This document shows, one piece after another, positions 42,071-52,480 of a DNA stretch of 64,000 nucleotides. The DNA is from an uncultured bacterium. Its GTDB lineage: Bacteria; Fidelibacterota; Marinisomatia; Marinisomatales; JACNKV01. The stretch covers positions 53,323 through 117,322 of the forward strand of contig CAYQZV010000004.1 of the NCBI GenBank assembly GCA_964422145.1, given 5' to 3'. Each line of letters opens with the position of its first letter. The first letter of the stretch is position 1. Made by a program: the position numbers and the translations under genes. The notes under the pieces are model-generated. The model worked only from the letters and a program-made list of their open reading frames with translations, was not told where the DNA came from and did not search any database.

Positions 42071-43435
42071 ATGTTATATGCCTTAGTTAAGGGGATGGCA
42101 GTAACATCCGTCAAAACATTTTTCAACACGATTCAGGCTGAACATGTTGATACGATTCCAAAGGATGAACCAATCATTTTTACATCGAATCACCCCAATA
42201 CGATGATGGATCCGATTGTCATTGGGTACACCTGCCGGAAAAAACTGTACTTTTTTGCAAAAAGCACCTTATTTAAGAATCCGATAGCGGGATGGTTTCT
42301 TAAGCGGATGAATATTGTACCTGTTTATCGAAAACAGGACGATCCGAAGAAGATGCATCGGAATGAAGAAACCTTCAGGAAGGGATTTGATATCTTAAAA
42401 CAAAACAAGTCCTTTCTTATCTTCCCGGAAGGGGTATCAACGGGAGATCGCGTTCTGAGCGAGATCAAAACCGGAGCGGCTCGAATCGGTTTAGGTTCGG
42501 AAAAAGAAAACGGATGGAATCTCGGTGTAAAAATCATCCCGGTAGGATTAAACTATTCTCATGCCGTTCAATTCCGCAGCGATGTGTTGGTTCGGTACGG
42601 AAAGCCCATTGTCTTAGCTGATTATCGGGACTTGTATGAAGCAGATGAAATGGAAGCAGTTCACCAACTCACAACCCAGATCGAAACCGCATTGTCCAAG
42701 CTGACAATAACGGTGAAAGACCTTGAAATGCAGGAAATTGTTGAAGCCCTTGAAACCATTTACAAACAGGAGCTCGCATCGGATCTTGGGATGGAGATCA
42801 AAGACAAATCTGAAGATTTTTCAGTCACAAAAGGATTAATCAATGCTGTGGAATGGTATTACTCAAATCAGCCGAAAAAGACTGAAATCTTCACCAAAAT
42901 GCTGCATAAATATCAGCGTATCTTGTATCGGCTAAAAATAAAAGATGAGTTCTTAGATCCGAATCAAGCGAGCATTTCTTTTGCTAAGAGAGTTTGGGTT
43001 CTCTCTTATTTCGTTTTGCTTTCCCCGGTGTTCTTGTTTGGCGTGATCGCCAATATTATTCCGTATAAGTTTCCCCGATGGTATGCTGAGCATTTTGTAA
43101 AATACAAAGCCGAAATTGCTTCATGGAAAATGGTAACCGGGACGAGTGTGTTCTTGATTTTCTACTCAATAGAAATTTTACTTTTTTACTTATTATCGCA
43201 AAGCGTTTTATGGACGATATTATTCATTTTTTCTCTCATTCCCAGCGGGAATTTTGTTTTGAAATACAATCAAAAAGTCAGAGATTACCGGCAACATTTG
43301 CGATTCATATCTGTTTTTTACCGAAAACGTAATTTGATTTACGAATTGATTAAACAGCGTCAAGAGTTGATCGATTTCTTGAATACGTGTAAAAAAGAGT
43401 ATATGGATGCAGTGATATTACCTGAATCCAAGTAA
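42071..43435 (+). CDS. PlsC-family lysophospholipid acyltransferase with C-terminal TMs
   Basis: NHPNTMMD (HxxxxD), PVYR, FPEG, KTGAAR. Confidence 0.9.
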   Translation: MLYALVKGMAVTSVKTFFNTIQAEHVDTIPKDEPIIFTSNHPNTMMDPIVIGYTCRKKLYFFAKSTLFKNPIAGWFLKRMNIVPVYRKQDDPKKMHRNEETFRKGFDILKQNKSFLIFPEGVSTGDRVLSEIKTGAARIGLGSEKENGWNLGVKIIPVGLNYSHAVQFRSDVLVRYGKPIVLADYRDLYEADEMEAVHQLTTQIETALSKLTITVKDLEMQEIVEALETIYKQELASDLGMEIKDKSEDFSVTKGLINAVEWYYSNQPKKTEIFTKMLHKYQRILYRLKIKDEFLDPNQASISFAKRVWVLSYFVLLSPVFLFGVIANIIPYKFPRWYAEHFVKYKAEIASWKMVTGTSVFLIFYSIEILLFYLLSQSVLWTILFIFSLIPSGNFVLKYNQKVRDYRQHLRFISVFYRKRNLIYELIKQRQELIDFLNTCKKEYMDAVILPESK

Positions 43436-43492
43436 TTACATAGTTATTCATTTACTGATAAGTAAGAATTGATCAATTCATAGGAGAATCAA

Positions 43493-44317
43493 ATGGTCAT
43501 TGCCACAATTGTTGGGTTGATTGTAGGTTTAATCTTAATCGGGCTAGGAATGTTTGACAGTACAAATGGCGGAGTTCCTTCTACTTTTTTTCAATTACAG
43601 GGGTTGGCTATTGTTTTCGGCGGTACGTTTGCGGCAACGCTTGTTAATTATCGTTTTTCTCATGTAACCCAAATGTTTAAAATCGCCGGACAGGCTTTTT
43701 TCGGCAAAAACCAGCAGGATTCTGCTTCTTTAATTAAACATTTTGTACATCTCAGTCAGCTCGCCAGAAAAAAAGGCCTTACTGAGTTAGAAAAAAAATT
43801 ACCGCATATTGATGGAAATTATATGAAGATCGGTTTAGAATATGCCATCATCGAAAAAGACAAAGATAGGCTCGAAAAATTCTTGGATAATGAACTGGCG
43901 AACATGGTAAAACGACATCAGTACGGACATGAACTGTTTTTTAACATGGGTTCCTATGCCCCGGCATTTGGATTATTGGGGACAGTTATGGGGCTTATCT
44001 TAATGATGCACGGACAAGCCACCACCAGTTCCGTTGCAGATTTTGCCAACCAATTTGGTGATCCTTTGCAGGGGTTATTAAAGAATATGGGGGTTGCACT
44101 TGTCACCACATTTTATGGTGTGTTATTGTCTAACTTATTTTTTATTCCCATTGCGGGTAAGCTGCAAAATCGAACCCATGAGGAGGTTCATATCTGTGAA
44201 ATGATCAAAACCGGAATTATCGGTATTCACCAAAAAGAACATTGGCTGATGATCCAAGAGAAGTTGATCACATTTGTGGATAAAGAATCGAGAGAGACTA
44301 TTCGAAATACAGCATGA
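43493..44317 (+). CDS. motA: MotA/PomA-type stator A subunit
   Basis: IVFGGT, ARKKGLTELE, APAFGLLGTVMGLI, MGVALVTTFYG...PIAGKL. Confidence 0.88.
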   Translation: MVIATIVGLIVGLILIGLGMFDSTNGGVPSTFFQLQGLAIVFGGTFAATLVNYRFSHVTQMFKIAGQAFFGKNQQDSASLIKHFVHLSQLARKKGLTELEKKLPHIDGNYMKIGLEYAIIEKDKDRLEKFLDNELANMVKRHQYGHELFFNMGSYAPAFGLLGTVMGLILMMHGQATTSSVADFANQFGDPLQGLLKNMGVALVTTFYGVLLSNLFFIPIAGKLQNRTHEEVHICEMIKTGIIGIHQKEHWLMIQEKLITFVDKESRETIRNTA

Positions 44318-45021
44318 CTCCCCCTCCTGTTAAACAGTCTAATAAAAATCACCGATGGATGCTGACTTATGCTTCTCTCATTACAGCCTTATTGGCTTTC
44401 TTTATCTTTTTTGTATTCCGTGCAGAAAAAGCGGTTCAGTCAAAATTCCGAATTGCAGATCAGTTAAAAAACAGTATTTATGAACAGGTTATTTGGGAAA
44501 AAACTCAAAATAATTTAACCTGGCTACATGTTGAAAATACCGGAAGTAAAGGCGTAAAACTTCTCATTCCATCAACCATTACTGATCCATCAGCTTTAGA
44601 AAATAATATTTCGATGTTTAACTCGGGCGATGATGATATCAGAACAGACTTTGCCCCTTATATCAACTCAGTTGTGGATATCATTGGAAAATTAGAATTG
44701 GATCAAGTCCAAATTAAATATTCAAATGAGATAACATATTTACAAACCTCAAATAAAGATTTAAGAATGGATATTGTTATAGAGGGACACACTGATCGAA
44801 GACCTATTATGAATGACCATTTCAAGAATAACTGGGAATTAAGTATTGCGCGTGCTAACAATGTGATGATGACATTACGGGAAAAACTTCAACTGCCTTA
44901 TCGGTTGTTTTCTATTGCGGGATACGGTCCGTTTCATCCTTTGCGTGACCATGATAATTTTGAAGAAAACAGGCGGGTGGAAATCTATATCAACGCACAG
45001 CTGGTTTCTTTAAATGGGTAG
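44314..45021 (+). CDS. motB: MotB-like subunit 1 (conserved TM Asp replaced by Ser)
   Basis: WMLTYASLITALLAFF; OmpA-like domain IEGHTD, NWELSIARA, AGYG, NRRVEI. Confidence 0.82.
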   Translation: MTPPPVKQSNKNHRWMLTYASLITALLAFFIFFVFRAEKAVQSKFRIADQLKNSIYEQVIWEKTQNNLTWLHVENTGSKGVKLLIPSTITDPSALENNISMFNSGDDDIRTDFAPYINSVVDIIGKLELDQVQIKYSNEITYLQTSNKDLRMDIVIEGHTDRRPIMNDHFKNNWELSIARANNVMMTLREKLQLPYRLFSIAGYGPFHPLRDHDNFEENRRVEIYINAQLVSLNG

Positions 45022-45706
45022 CACAAAATTACGATCGTCGTCTGAGCGGGCTCGCGGTTCCTGGCTTTTATCATATGGAGATGTTGCGACCCTTTTGATA
45101 TGCTTTTTCATCATGACGCTTATATCAAGATCCGGTGATATATCGAGGGTTCATCAATGGGTCTACAACTGTTTGGAGGAAAGTTCGATCGAATTAAACC
45201 GCGTTGTATCTCAAACAAATGATCACACTTATACGGTATCACACGATACAAAAGGGATTCGTCTTACCCTTAGAAATCCCAATATGTTCGATCTCGGAAA
45301 AGCAGACCCTCTTCCTCTCTTTCGTTCTCAGTTACAATCATTGGCACGCGGAATTTCAGAATTGAATATTTTTCACCTGGAAGCCGTCCCCGAATATGAC
45401 ACATGGATTGAAAACTATGATCGGATCGGACTTGAGTGGAATGTGGAAATACGAATCGAAGGGCACACAGATAATATCCCGTTAATCGCGGGATCTGACT
45501 ACCGAAACAATTGGGAGTTAAGTGCCGCAAGGGCGCAATCGATCATGCGAATTCTGTATGAATTCAGTGATTTGCCTGAATCACAATTTGCCATCGCAGG
45601 ATTCGGTGAGCACCGACCGATCACTAAAAATATCAGCATATCTGATCGTGAAATCAATCGAAGGGTAGAAATTTTTATCAATGCTTCATTGGTGGAAAAA
45701 TCATAA
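45014..45706 (+). CDS. motB: MotB-like subunit 2 (TM Asp retained)
   Basis: WLLSYGDVATLLICFF; IEGHTD, NWELSAARA, AGFGE, NRRVEI. Confidence 0.85.
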   Translation: MGSTKLRSSSERARGSWLLSYGDVATLLICFFIMTLISRSGDISRVHQWVYNCLEESSIELNRVVSQTNDHTYTVSHDTKGIRLTLRNPNMFDLGKADPLPLFRSQLQSLARGISELNIFHLEAVPEYDTWIENYDRIGLEWNVEIRIEGHTDNIPLIAGSDYRNNWELSAARAQSIMRILYEFSDLPESQFAIAGFGEHRPITKNISISDREINRRVEIFINASLVEKS

Positions 45707-45732
45707 AATATTGCTGCCGTCCATAATATAAA

Positions 45733-47301
45733 ATGGTTTCTTCTGATAAAATATTATTTACAAATTGTTCGGTTTATAACCTTCCAAATGTCAATTCTAT
45801 TCTTTGCAGCAATGGTCTGATCGAAGAATTCGGATTTAATTTATCTTCAGGCAGTGCCAAAACTATTGATCTAAAAAATGGAGTTGTCTATCCCGGTTTT
45901 ATCGATGCTCATCTTCATTTGGTCGGATTTGGCTGGTCGCTGGATATTCTCAATTTAACCGATTCAAACTCTGTTGGTGATGTCCTAAAGAAACTTTCCG
46001 GCGTAAAGGAAAATCATTCAAAATCACAGTGGATTCACGGGCGTGGTTGGGATCAGAACAAATGGGGAACCACCGATTTCCCAACAAAAGAGATGCTGGA
46101 TTCGGTGATTAAAGATCGCCCGATATTTCTTCGCCGCGTTGACGGTCACGCTGCATGGGTAAATTCAAAAGCGTTTGAAGTAACAAATATCACTGAAACA
46201 ACAGATGATCCAGACGGCGGAAAAATTCAGCGACATAATGATGGAACACCTTCGGGTGTTCTCATCGATAAAGCGATGGACTTAGTTTCGAAACACATCC
46301 CGCCTTCGACATACGGCGATAAAAAACGGTATATCAACAACGCCATGTCGCAGCTTAACGCAAATGGGATTACCAGTGTCCACGATGCCGGAACTGACAG
46401 TGAGACAATTCATTTGTTGAAAGAGTTTATTCAACAAGACTCTTTAACCCTACGCGTTTATACGATGTTAAACGATACGCCTGAAGATGCTAAACATTAT
46501 TACGCAATCGGACCGGAGTTTTCCGATCCTTGGTTAAAAGTACAAGCGGTTAAATTTTATATGGATGGTGCACTGGGATCTAAGGGCGCAGCAATGCTGG
46601 AACCCTATGCTGACGACCCAAATAACTCCGGGTTACTGCTCATGGACCCAAAGCAAATCAGAAAAAAAATCCATCAAGCAAATTCAGCTGGGTTCCAATC
46701 CTGTGTTCATTGTATTGGAGATCACGCAAACCGTATCCTGTTAGATGCCTATGAAAAATCTGGAATAAAGGAATTACGAAACCGGATTGAACACGCACAG
46801 ATCGTTCATCAAGATGACTTACCTCGGTTTGCACAATTAGGTGTGTTGCCGTCTATGCAACCGACGCACTGCACATCAGATATGGGTTGGATAGAAGACA
46901 GGGTCGGTGAAAACCGATTGGACTCGTGTTATCCCTGGCAATCGTTGATCAAAGCCGGATCGATCATTCCCGGCGGTTCAGATGCTCCGATTGAATATCC
47001 GTCCCCTCTTGAAGGAATCTATGCCGCTGTCACACGACAAGATAAGTCCGGGCATCCGATATCGGGATGGCAGTCTGCGGAAGCTGTTTCCATACATCAG
47101 GCAATTTCGATGATGACGTCCTGGGCGGCTTTTGCTTCATTTGAAGAGGATATTAAAGGAAAATTAGAACCAGGATTTTATGCAGATTTTACCGTGCTGG
47201 ACAAACGGTTGGAATCCATTCACCCTCAAGATATTTTGACAACAAAAGTTTTACACACTATCGTTAATGGAAAGATCGTATATTCTTCCAACCATGTCTA
47301 A
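45733..47301 (+). CDS. Amidohydrolase 3 (YtcJ-like)
   Basis: PGFIDAHLH, DGALGSKGA, HCIGD, RIEHAQ, GGSDAP. Confidence 0.92.
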   Translation: MVSSDKILFTNCSVYNLPNVNSILCSNGLIEEFGFNLSSGSAKTIDLKNGVVYPGFIDAHLHLVGFGWSLDILNLTDSNSVGDVLKKLSGVKENHSKSQWIHGRGWDQNKWGTTDFPTKEMLDSVIKDRPIFLRRVDGHAAWVNSKAFEVTNITETTDDPDGGKIQRHNDGTPSGVLIDKAMDLVSKHIPPSTYGDKKRYINNAMSQLNANGITSVHDAGTDSETIHLLKEFIQQDSLTLRVYTMLNDTPEDAKHYYAIGPEFSDPWLKVQAVKFYMDGALGSKGAAMLEPYADDPNNSGLLLMDPKQIRKKIHQANSAGFQSCVHCIGDHANRILLDAYEKSGIKELRNRIEHAQIVHQDDLPRFAQLGVLPSMQPTHCTSDMGWIEDRVGENRLDSCYPWQSLIKAGSIIPGGSDAPIEYPSPLEGIYAAVTRQDKSGHPISGWQSAEAVSIHQAISMMTSWAAFASFEEDIKGKLEPGFYADFTVLDKRLESIHPQDILTTKVLHTIVNGKIVYSSNHV

Positions 47302-48070
47302 TGTTATGCTAACTCAAGCTGAAAAAAAACGAATTCGATCTCTTCAGGTTAAAAAATACCGACAACAACATAGAGAGTATTTTATTGAGGGGTTTAGACT
47401 CGTTTCCTCTGCAATTGAAACTAATCCTCAAAGCCTTAAATGTATTTATGTTACAAAAGATTTTCTTTTGGTTTCATCTCATCAAACTTTCATCGAAACT
47501 CTGGATGCCAACAGTATTTCCTGCTCAATCATATCTGATTCTGATATGGGTGAAATTGCAAATACAGTTCAGTCATCCGGAATAGCAGCCGTTTGTCATT
47601 TTCCGCAGGGACTTGATCCTGCCGCACTTCAATCATCGAATTTTCTATATTTAGATCGAGTTAGTGATCCGGGGAATTTAGGAACTCTGCTGCGAACATC
47701 GTTGTGGTTCGGAGTTCGCCATGTCATTTTATCTGAAGATTGTGTTGATCCGTTCAATCCGAAAGTTGTTCGTGCCGGCATGGGTGCTCATTTCTCCGTC
47801 TCGATATTTCATGATCTAAACTTAGCAAGATTCAAAAACACTCATTCGATTTTAGGCGGAGACATCAATGGCATTTCAATCTCAGAGATACCCGACTTAC
47901 ACCAGCCGTGGGGACTCGTCATCGGCAGTGAAGCACATGGAATCTCTGTAAAAATATCAGACTTGTTAACGCACACCGTGTCGATCACTAAACGCGGAGA
48001 TGGCGAATCATTAAATGCTGCGATTGCCGGGAGTATTCTGTTGTATGAACTAACTGCTCAACATTCTTAA
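47267..48070 (+). CDS. TrmH/SpoU-family RNA methyltransferase
   Basis: DPGNLGTLLRT, PKVVRAGMGA, IGSEAHGI, ESLNAAIA; true start probably slightly downstream. Confidence 0.92.
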   Translation: MERSYILPTMSNVMLTQAEKKRIRSLQVKKYRQQHREYFIEGFRLVSSAIETNPQSLKCIYVTKDFLLVSSHQTFIETLDANSISCSIISDSDMGEIANTVQSSGIAAVCHFPQGLDPAALQSSNFLYLDRVSDPGNLGTLLRTSLWFGVRHVILSEDCVDPFNPKVVRAGMGAHFSVSIFHDLNLARFKNTHSILGGDINGISISEIPDLHQPWGLVIGSEAHGISVKISDLLTHTVSITKRGDGESLNAAIAGSILLYELTAQHS

Positions 48071-48104
48071 ATTTAGTCTATGGTTTTCAAGGATACAGAC
48101 CCCC

Positions 48105-48896
48105 ATGACCCGGACCCTTACAGTTTCTCTCGTAGTGAGAATTGTTTTGGTTTCTGTCCTATCTGCATTCGCGGTAGGAGGAATCATCCTTGGGTATGGT
48201 CTGAAATATTATCCTGATCAACAAGTTTATTATACCCAATTATCCCTGTTTATCGGTCAGGGACTGATTGTCATACCTGCGTTAATTTTTTTAAAACTTC
48301 GTAAAGAAAATCTTCGGGCGCGATTTCGCCTACATCCAATCTCGTTGCGAGTTGCTCTGTCCGTCATAGTTCTATCCCTTGGAGTAATTATCTTATCGGA
48401 TGAAATGGATAAAATTGCCAATCTTATTTACCCGTTGCCGAACTCAATGGAAAAAGTAGGTGATGTAATTCAGTTAAATTCATTTACGTCAATTTTTCTA
48501 GTCCTCCCGACGATTGTCCTCATCGCACCGTTGGGCGAAGAATTACTCTTTCGGGGATTTTTACAAAAGTTTTTAGAAGATCATTGGCAAGACATAACAA
48601 AAGCTGTGTTGGTCACAGGAATGTTTTTTGCCTTGATTCACTTGAATCCGTACTGGATCATTCAAATTTATTTTCTGGGTGTAATCTTGGGTTATCTTGC
48701 CTGGCGTACGGGATCAATTATCTCTAGCGTTATATTACACGGAATGAATAACGGGATTGCTTTGTTGTTTGTCAACTGGGAAAATATTGATTTATACTAT
48801 AGTGGACATGTTTCCCCTATTTTACTTGTTTTTGCTGCAATCTTTGTTTATTTTGGTTTCAAATGGCTTCATAAATCATTGGAGATTGAACAATGA
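48105..48896 (+). CDS. CPBP/CAAX-family intramembrane metalloprotease
   Basis: EELLFRG, FALIH, HGMNN. Confidence 0.92.
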   Translation: MTRTLTVSLVVRIVLVSVLSAFAVGGIILGYGLKYYPDQQVYYTQLSLFIGQGLIVIPALIFLKLRKENLRARFRLHPISLRVALSVIVLSLGVIILSDEMDKIANLIYPLPNSMEKVGDVIQLNSFTSIFLVLPTIVLIAPLGEELLFRGFLQKFLEDHWQDITKAVLVTGMFFALIHLNPYWIIQIYFLGVILGYLAWRTGSIISSVILHGMNNGIALLFVNWENIDLYYSGHVSPILLVFAAIFVYFGFKWLHKSLEIEQ

Positions 48897-50263
48897 AAAA
48901 AGAAATGTTCGTTCATGAGATCACGGTTTTGCGGGATACGTTCAGACGGTTACTCCGCCGGCACGCAAAAACCAATCTGATCAAATTGATTCAAAAAACT
49001 CACCCGGCTGATCTGGCTGTTCTCTTTCGATATTTCACGGATACCGAACAACTCACATTGTTCTCATATATGGTTGAGGACGAACATACCGCAGAAGTGA
49101 TGGCCGAACTTGATGAATCCATTTTATTGAATTTATTAGAGAATGAAGATCCGGTGCGAATTGTACGGATTTTCCAACAGCTTGGATCAAATGATCAAGC
49201 CAACATCTTGAACTTGCTCTCGGAGGAAAAAGTACAATCTATTTTGGATTTGATGAAGGAAGAAGAGCAGGAAGAAGTCGAGGAAATTCTTGGATACCCC
49301 GAAGACAGTGCTGGGAGCATTATGTCAACGGATGTATTCACACTCCATGAGGAAACAACCGCTGAAGAAGCCATCCATTCTCTTCAGTATCAAGATGATG
49401 CTGAAATGGTCTTTTATCTTTACATCACAGATGATGACGGATGTTTATCCGGTGTGATCTCTTTGCGTGATCTGGTGACGACTCCGCCTGAAGTTCTTTT
49501 AAAAGACATTATGACAAAACATGTTCACTATGTTCGTGCCGAAACAGATCAAGAAGAAGTTGCGAGTATTGTTTCGTTGTATAACTATTTGGCTCTGCCT
49601 GTCGTGGATTCTGAGAATACGATTCTGGGAATTGTTACTGTTGATGATGTCGTGGATGTTATCCGCGAAGAGGCAACGGAAGATTTTCTTCAGATGGCTG
49701 GTGCCGGTAAAGACCGGGAAATTTTATTGAAAAACTCCTGGGAAAATGCACGATCCCGACTGCCCTGGTTATTTGCAAGCTGGGTCGGGGGTGTGGTTGC
49801 CGCATCGATCATCGGTGCATTTGAACACATTCTGGAAGTCACAATGGCGCTGACGGCTTTCATCCCTGTCATCATTGGTATGGGCGGTAATATCGGGACA
49901 CAAAGTTCAACCATTGTTGTACGAGGTTTGGCCACCGGACGTGTCAATATCGGTGATGATTTTAAACTGATCCTAAAAGAGACAAGTGTCGGATTGATTT
50001 TAGGTGTCCTGTATGGTTTGATGCTTGGATTATTTGCGATATTCAAATTTATTGATGCTCCGCCGATGTTAGGTCTTGTGGTTGGATTAAGCATTTGTCT
50101 CTCCATGTTGATAGCTACATTCATCGGAACGCTCGTTCCGCTGCTGCTTCGAAAAATGGATATCGATCCTGCCATTGCCACCGGACCTTTTGTTACAACC
50201 AGCATTGATATTCTTGGGGTTGCCGCTTACTTCTTAATTGCGACATCGCTTCTTCCTATTTAA
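48893..50263 (+). CDS. mgtE: Magnesium transporter MgtE
   Basis: MgtE_N and CBS pair, RLPWL, GMGGNIGTQ, DPAIATGPFVTTSIDI. Confidence 0.97.
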   Translation: MKKEMFVHEITVLRDTFRRLLRRHAKTNLIKLIQKTHPADLAVLFRYFTDTEQLTLFSYMVEDEHTAEVMAELDESILLNLLENEDPVRIVRIFQQLGSNDQANILNLLSEEKVQSILDLMKEEEQEEVEEILGYPEDSAGSIMSTDVFTLHEETTAEEAIHSLQYQDDAEMVFYLYITDDDGCLSGVISLRDLVTTPPEVLLKDIMTKHVHYVRAETDQEEVASIVSLYNYLALPVVDSENTILGIVTVDDVVDVIREEATEDFLQMAGAGKDREILLKNSWENARSRLPWLFASWVGGVVAASIIGAFEHILEVTMALTAFIPVIIGMGGNIGTQSSTIVVRGLATGRVNIGDDFKLILKETSVGLILGVLYGLMLGLFAIFKFIDAPPMLGLVVGLSICLSMLIATFIGTLVPLLLRKMDIDPAIATGPFVTTSIDILGVAAYFLIATSLLPI

Positions 50264-50279
50264 ATAAATAAACTCTCAG

Positions 50280-51386
50280 ATGAGTTTACTTTTATCACTT
50301 CTGGTCGGATCTCTTTCGATCTATGTTTTGTTTATGATTCTGATCGCTGTTGGGCTTTGGCGTCTTCGTATCCAACACATTCCGATTAATCATTTTCCCA
50401 AAGTGTCGGTCGTCATCGCAGCAAGAAACGAGGAAAACAATCTGTCGAATTTATTGGATGATTTGACCAAACAGGATTATCTTGCCGACCGATGTGAGGT
50501 TATTATTGCAGATGATCGGTCAACAGATAATACTTGGGCGATCATCCAAGAATATTCTTCAAAGCATCCCACTATTAAAGGTGTGAAAATCTCAACATTC
50601 TCTTCGGCAATGACGCCAAAGAAAAATGCGTTGACGGCTGCCATAAAAACATCATCAGGCGGAGAGTTTATTCTATCCACAGATGCAGACTGTCGTGTAC
50701 CCAAATCCTGGGTTTCGAGTATGGTTCGATGTTTCACGTCTGAAACCGGAGTTGTCGTCGGGTTATCTACAGTAAAACGATCTTCCGGAATCTTATCCAA
50801 ATACCAGTTTGTTGATTTTTTCGCTTTAATGACAGCCAATGCCGGGGCGATCGGATGGAAAAGGGCATGGTCCGGATCGGGTCAAAACCTGGCTTATCGC
50901 CGATCTTATTTTGATAAAATCGAGGGATTCTCAAAGGCTGCACAAGAACTTTCCGGTGATGATATGTTTTTAGTCCAGAAAATTGGTCGACACAGTTCGA
51001 TTAAATTTAATTGTGATCCAAAAAGTTTTGTGACGACTGCCTCGGTTCAATCTTTGCATCAATTTTTCAGTCAGCAAATCCGTTGGGCATCCAACACTAA
51101 AAAACTGATGAAAAATCAGAAGTTTGATTTCCTGCTGTTTTTATTATCTACATTTTTTACAAACGCATTACTCTTGGTTTTTCTCATGTTTCCATATTTG
51201 CATGTATATTTTTTACAAGCTCTGTTTATCAAGATCGTTACTGACCTATTCGTATTTAAGGCCGGGGCGGTGAAATTCCGTTTTTCATTAAATTTCCTTT
51301 ATGTTGCGCTGTGGGAGACAGCTCAGTTGATTTACATTCCGTTCACAGGGATTCTTGGACTAATCGGACGATTCAAATGGAAATAA
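50280..51386 (+). CDS. GT2 glycosyltransferase
   Basis: IAARNEE, DDRSTD, TDADC, SGDD, QQIRW. Confidence 0.92.
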   Translation: MSLLLSLLVGSLSIYVLFMILIAVGLWRLRIQHIPINHFPKVSVVIAARNEENNLSNLLDDLTKQDYLADRCEVIIADDRSTDNTWAIIQEYSSKHPTIKGVKISTFSSAMTPKKNALTAAIKTSSGGEFILSTDADCRVPKSWVSSMVRCFTSETGVVVGLSTVKRSSGILSKYQFVDFFALMTANAGAIGWKRAWSGSGQNLAYRRSYFDKIEGFSKAAQELSGDDMFLVQKIGRHSSIKFNCDPKSFVTTASVQSLHQFFSQQIRWASNTKKLMKNQKFDFLLFLLSTFFTNALLLVFLMFPYLHVYFLQALFIKIVTDLFVFKAGAVKFRFSLNFLYVALWETAQLIYIPFTGILGLIGRFKWK

Positions 51387-52096
51387 CAATTACTCGCTTT
51401 GCATTACGTTTGGGCTTTGTTTCCCTGTTGTCGTCATTTACCATGTCGCAAAACTATGTACTGTCCGTTTGGGGTTTTCCGATTGGGGAAGTTCAAATCC
51501 AAACCCCGTCACCCGATTCGATGAAAGTGTATGCAAAATCCACCGGGCTTGTGGATTTGCTCTTTCCGTTTAATAATGAGTATATCACTAGGTTTGATAC
51601 CGTATCTTATCAATGTTTGTCCTATAACAAATCGATCAAACAAGGTTCGTTTACTCAAAAGCTTCGCGGTAAATGGAATGAAACTGCCAAACAATTTGAA
51701 TACAAAAAGCTGGGTTTTGTTTTAAGAGACGAAGCTCATCACAGTATTTTTTCATTCTTAGCACGTACCAAAACCGAACCATCTGAACAGTTGGATACAA
51801 AATGGTTTTTCCTGGAACACGAAGGGACGTCTTATCGTGTTCGATTATTGCTGGCAGGCTCAGCCAACATCCCTGTGAGCGGTGATTCTGTATCCTGTGA
51901 TCATTATCGGCTTGATATGATACGATCTGAAAATCCGTCTGTAAAAATACTTGACCAAACAGACTATTTCAGTCGTAATATTACACATCAAAATGGCGTG
52001 CGGCAGGTTTGGGTTGATCAACAAAAATCTCAAGAGATCATTCAGGCTTCACTGATACTGTCCGGCATCCCGATACAACTTCGGAAAACAAAATGA
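51377..52096 (+). CDS. Exported DUF3108-like protein
   Basis: Signal peptide from ATG 51377; Y..SVWGFPIG, AKSTGLVDLLF, QVWVD. Confidence 0.55.
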   Translation: MEITITRFALRLGFVSLLSSFTMSQNYVLSVWGFPIGEVQIQTPSPDSMKVYAKSTGLVDLLFPFNNEYITRFDTVSYQCLSYNKSIKQGSFTQKLRGKWNETAKQFEYKKLGFVLRDEAHHSIFSFLARTKTEPSEQLDTKWFFLEHEGTSYRVRLLLAGSANIPVSGDSVSCDHYRLDMIRSENPSVKILDQTDYFSRNITHQNGVRQVWVDQQKSQEIIQASLILSGIPIQLRKTK

Positions 52097-52470
52097 GTAA
52101 AATTTGGAAAGACTATAAACACCATTTCTTCATTTGGGGAATCGTTTTAATCCTGATCGTGTTAGCCCTCCGCTTGGGGATCGATGAAAAGATCGTCGTG
52201 TTTTTCACCCTAGCGCTTGGTTTGTTCACCCAGGTATTCTCCGGATTGGGAGCGTTAATCACGATGATTCCGTGGATCGGTCCGATCATTGTGAAAGTGT
52301 TTACCATTCCGTTCTTTTGGGTGGTCAACGGTTTAGGGTATTTCATCTCTGTGGTCGCCATAAAAAAAGGATATACAAAATCTGTTACAAGTTCTCGAAT
52401 TTTAACCGTCGCAGTGCTGACCGGGATAATCCTTGGATATATTCTCGGCCATGTACTGCCGTTGAGATAA
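52093..52470 (+). CDS. Hypothetical membrane protein
   Basis: 125 aa, largely hydrophobic; ATGA-coupled to the upstream gene. Confidence 0.75.
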   Translation: MSKIWKDYKHHFFIWGIVLILIVLALRLGIDEKIVVFFTLALGLFTQVFSGLGALITMIPWIGPIIVKVFTIPFFWVVNGLGYFISVVAIKKGYTKSVTSSRILTVAVLTGIILGYILGHVLPLR

Positions 52471-52480
52471 AAGTAAAGCT

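Noticed and set aside
43493-45706. Zorya (zorAB) defence system
   Set aside because: The MotA lacks the long ZorA cytoplasmic tail, has flagellar-type motifs, and no zorC/D/E genes are adjacent.
48105-48896. CPBP (Abi) protein as a phage-defence gene
   Set aside because: The Abi name of this family is historical; the context is an ordinary housekeeping operon.
49690-50205. 171-aa antisense ORF in mgtE and similar short nested ORFs across the window
   Set aside because: Reverse-frame shadows of membrane-protein genes.
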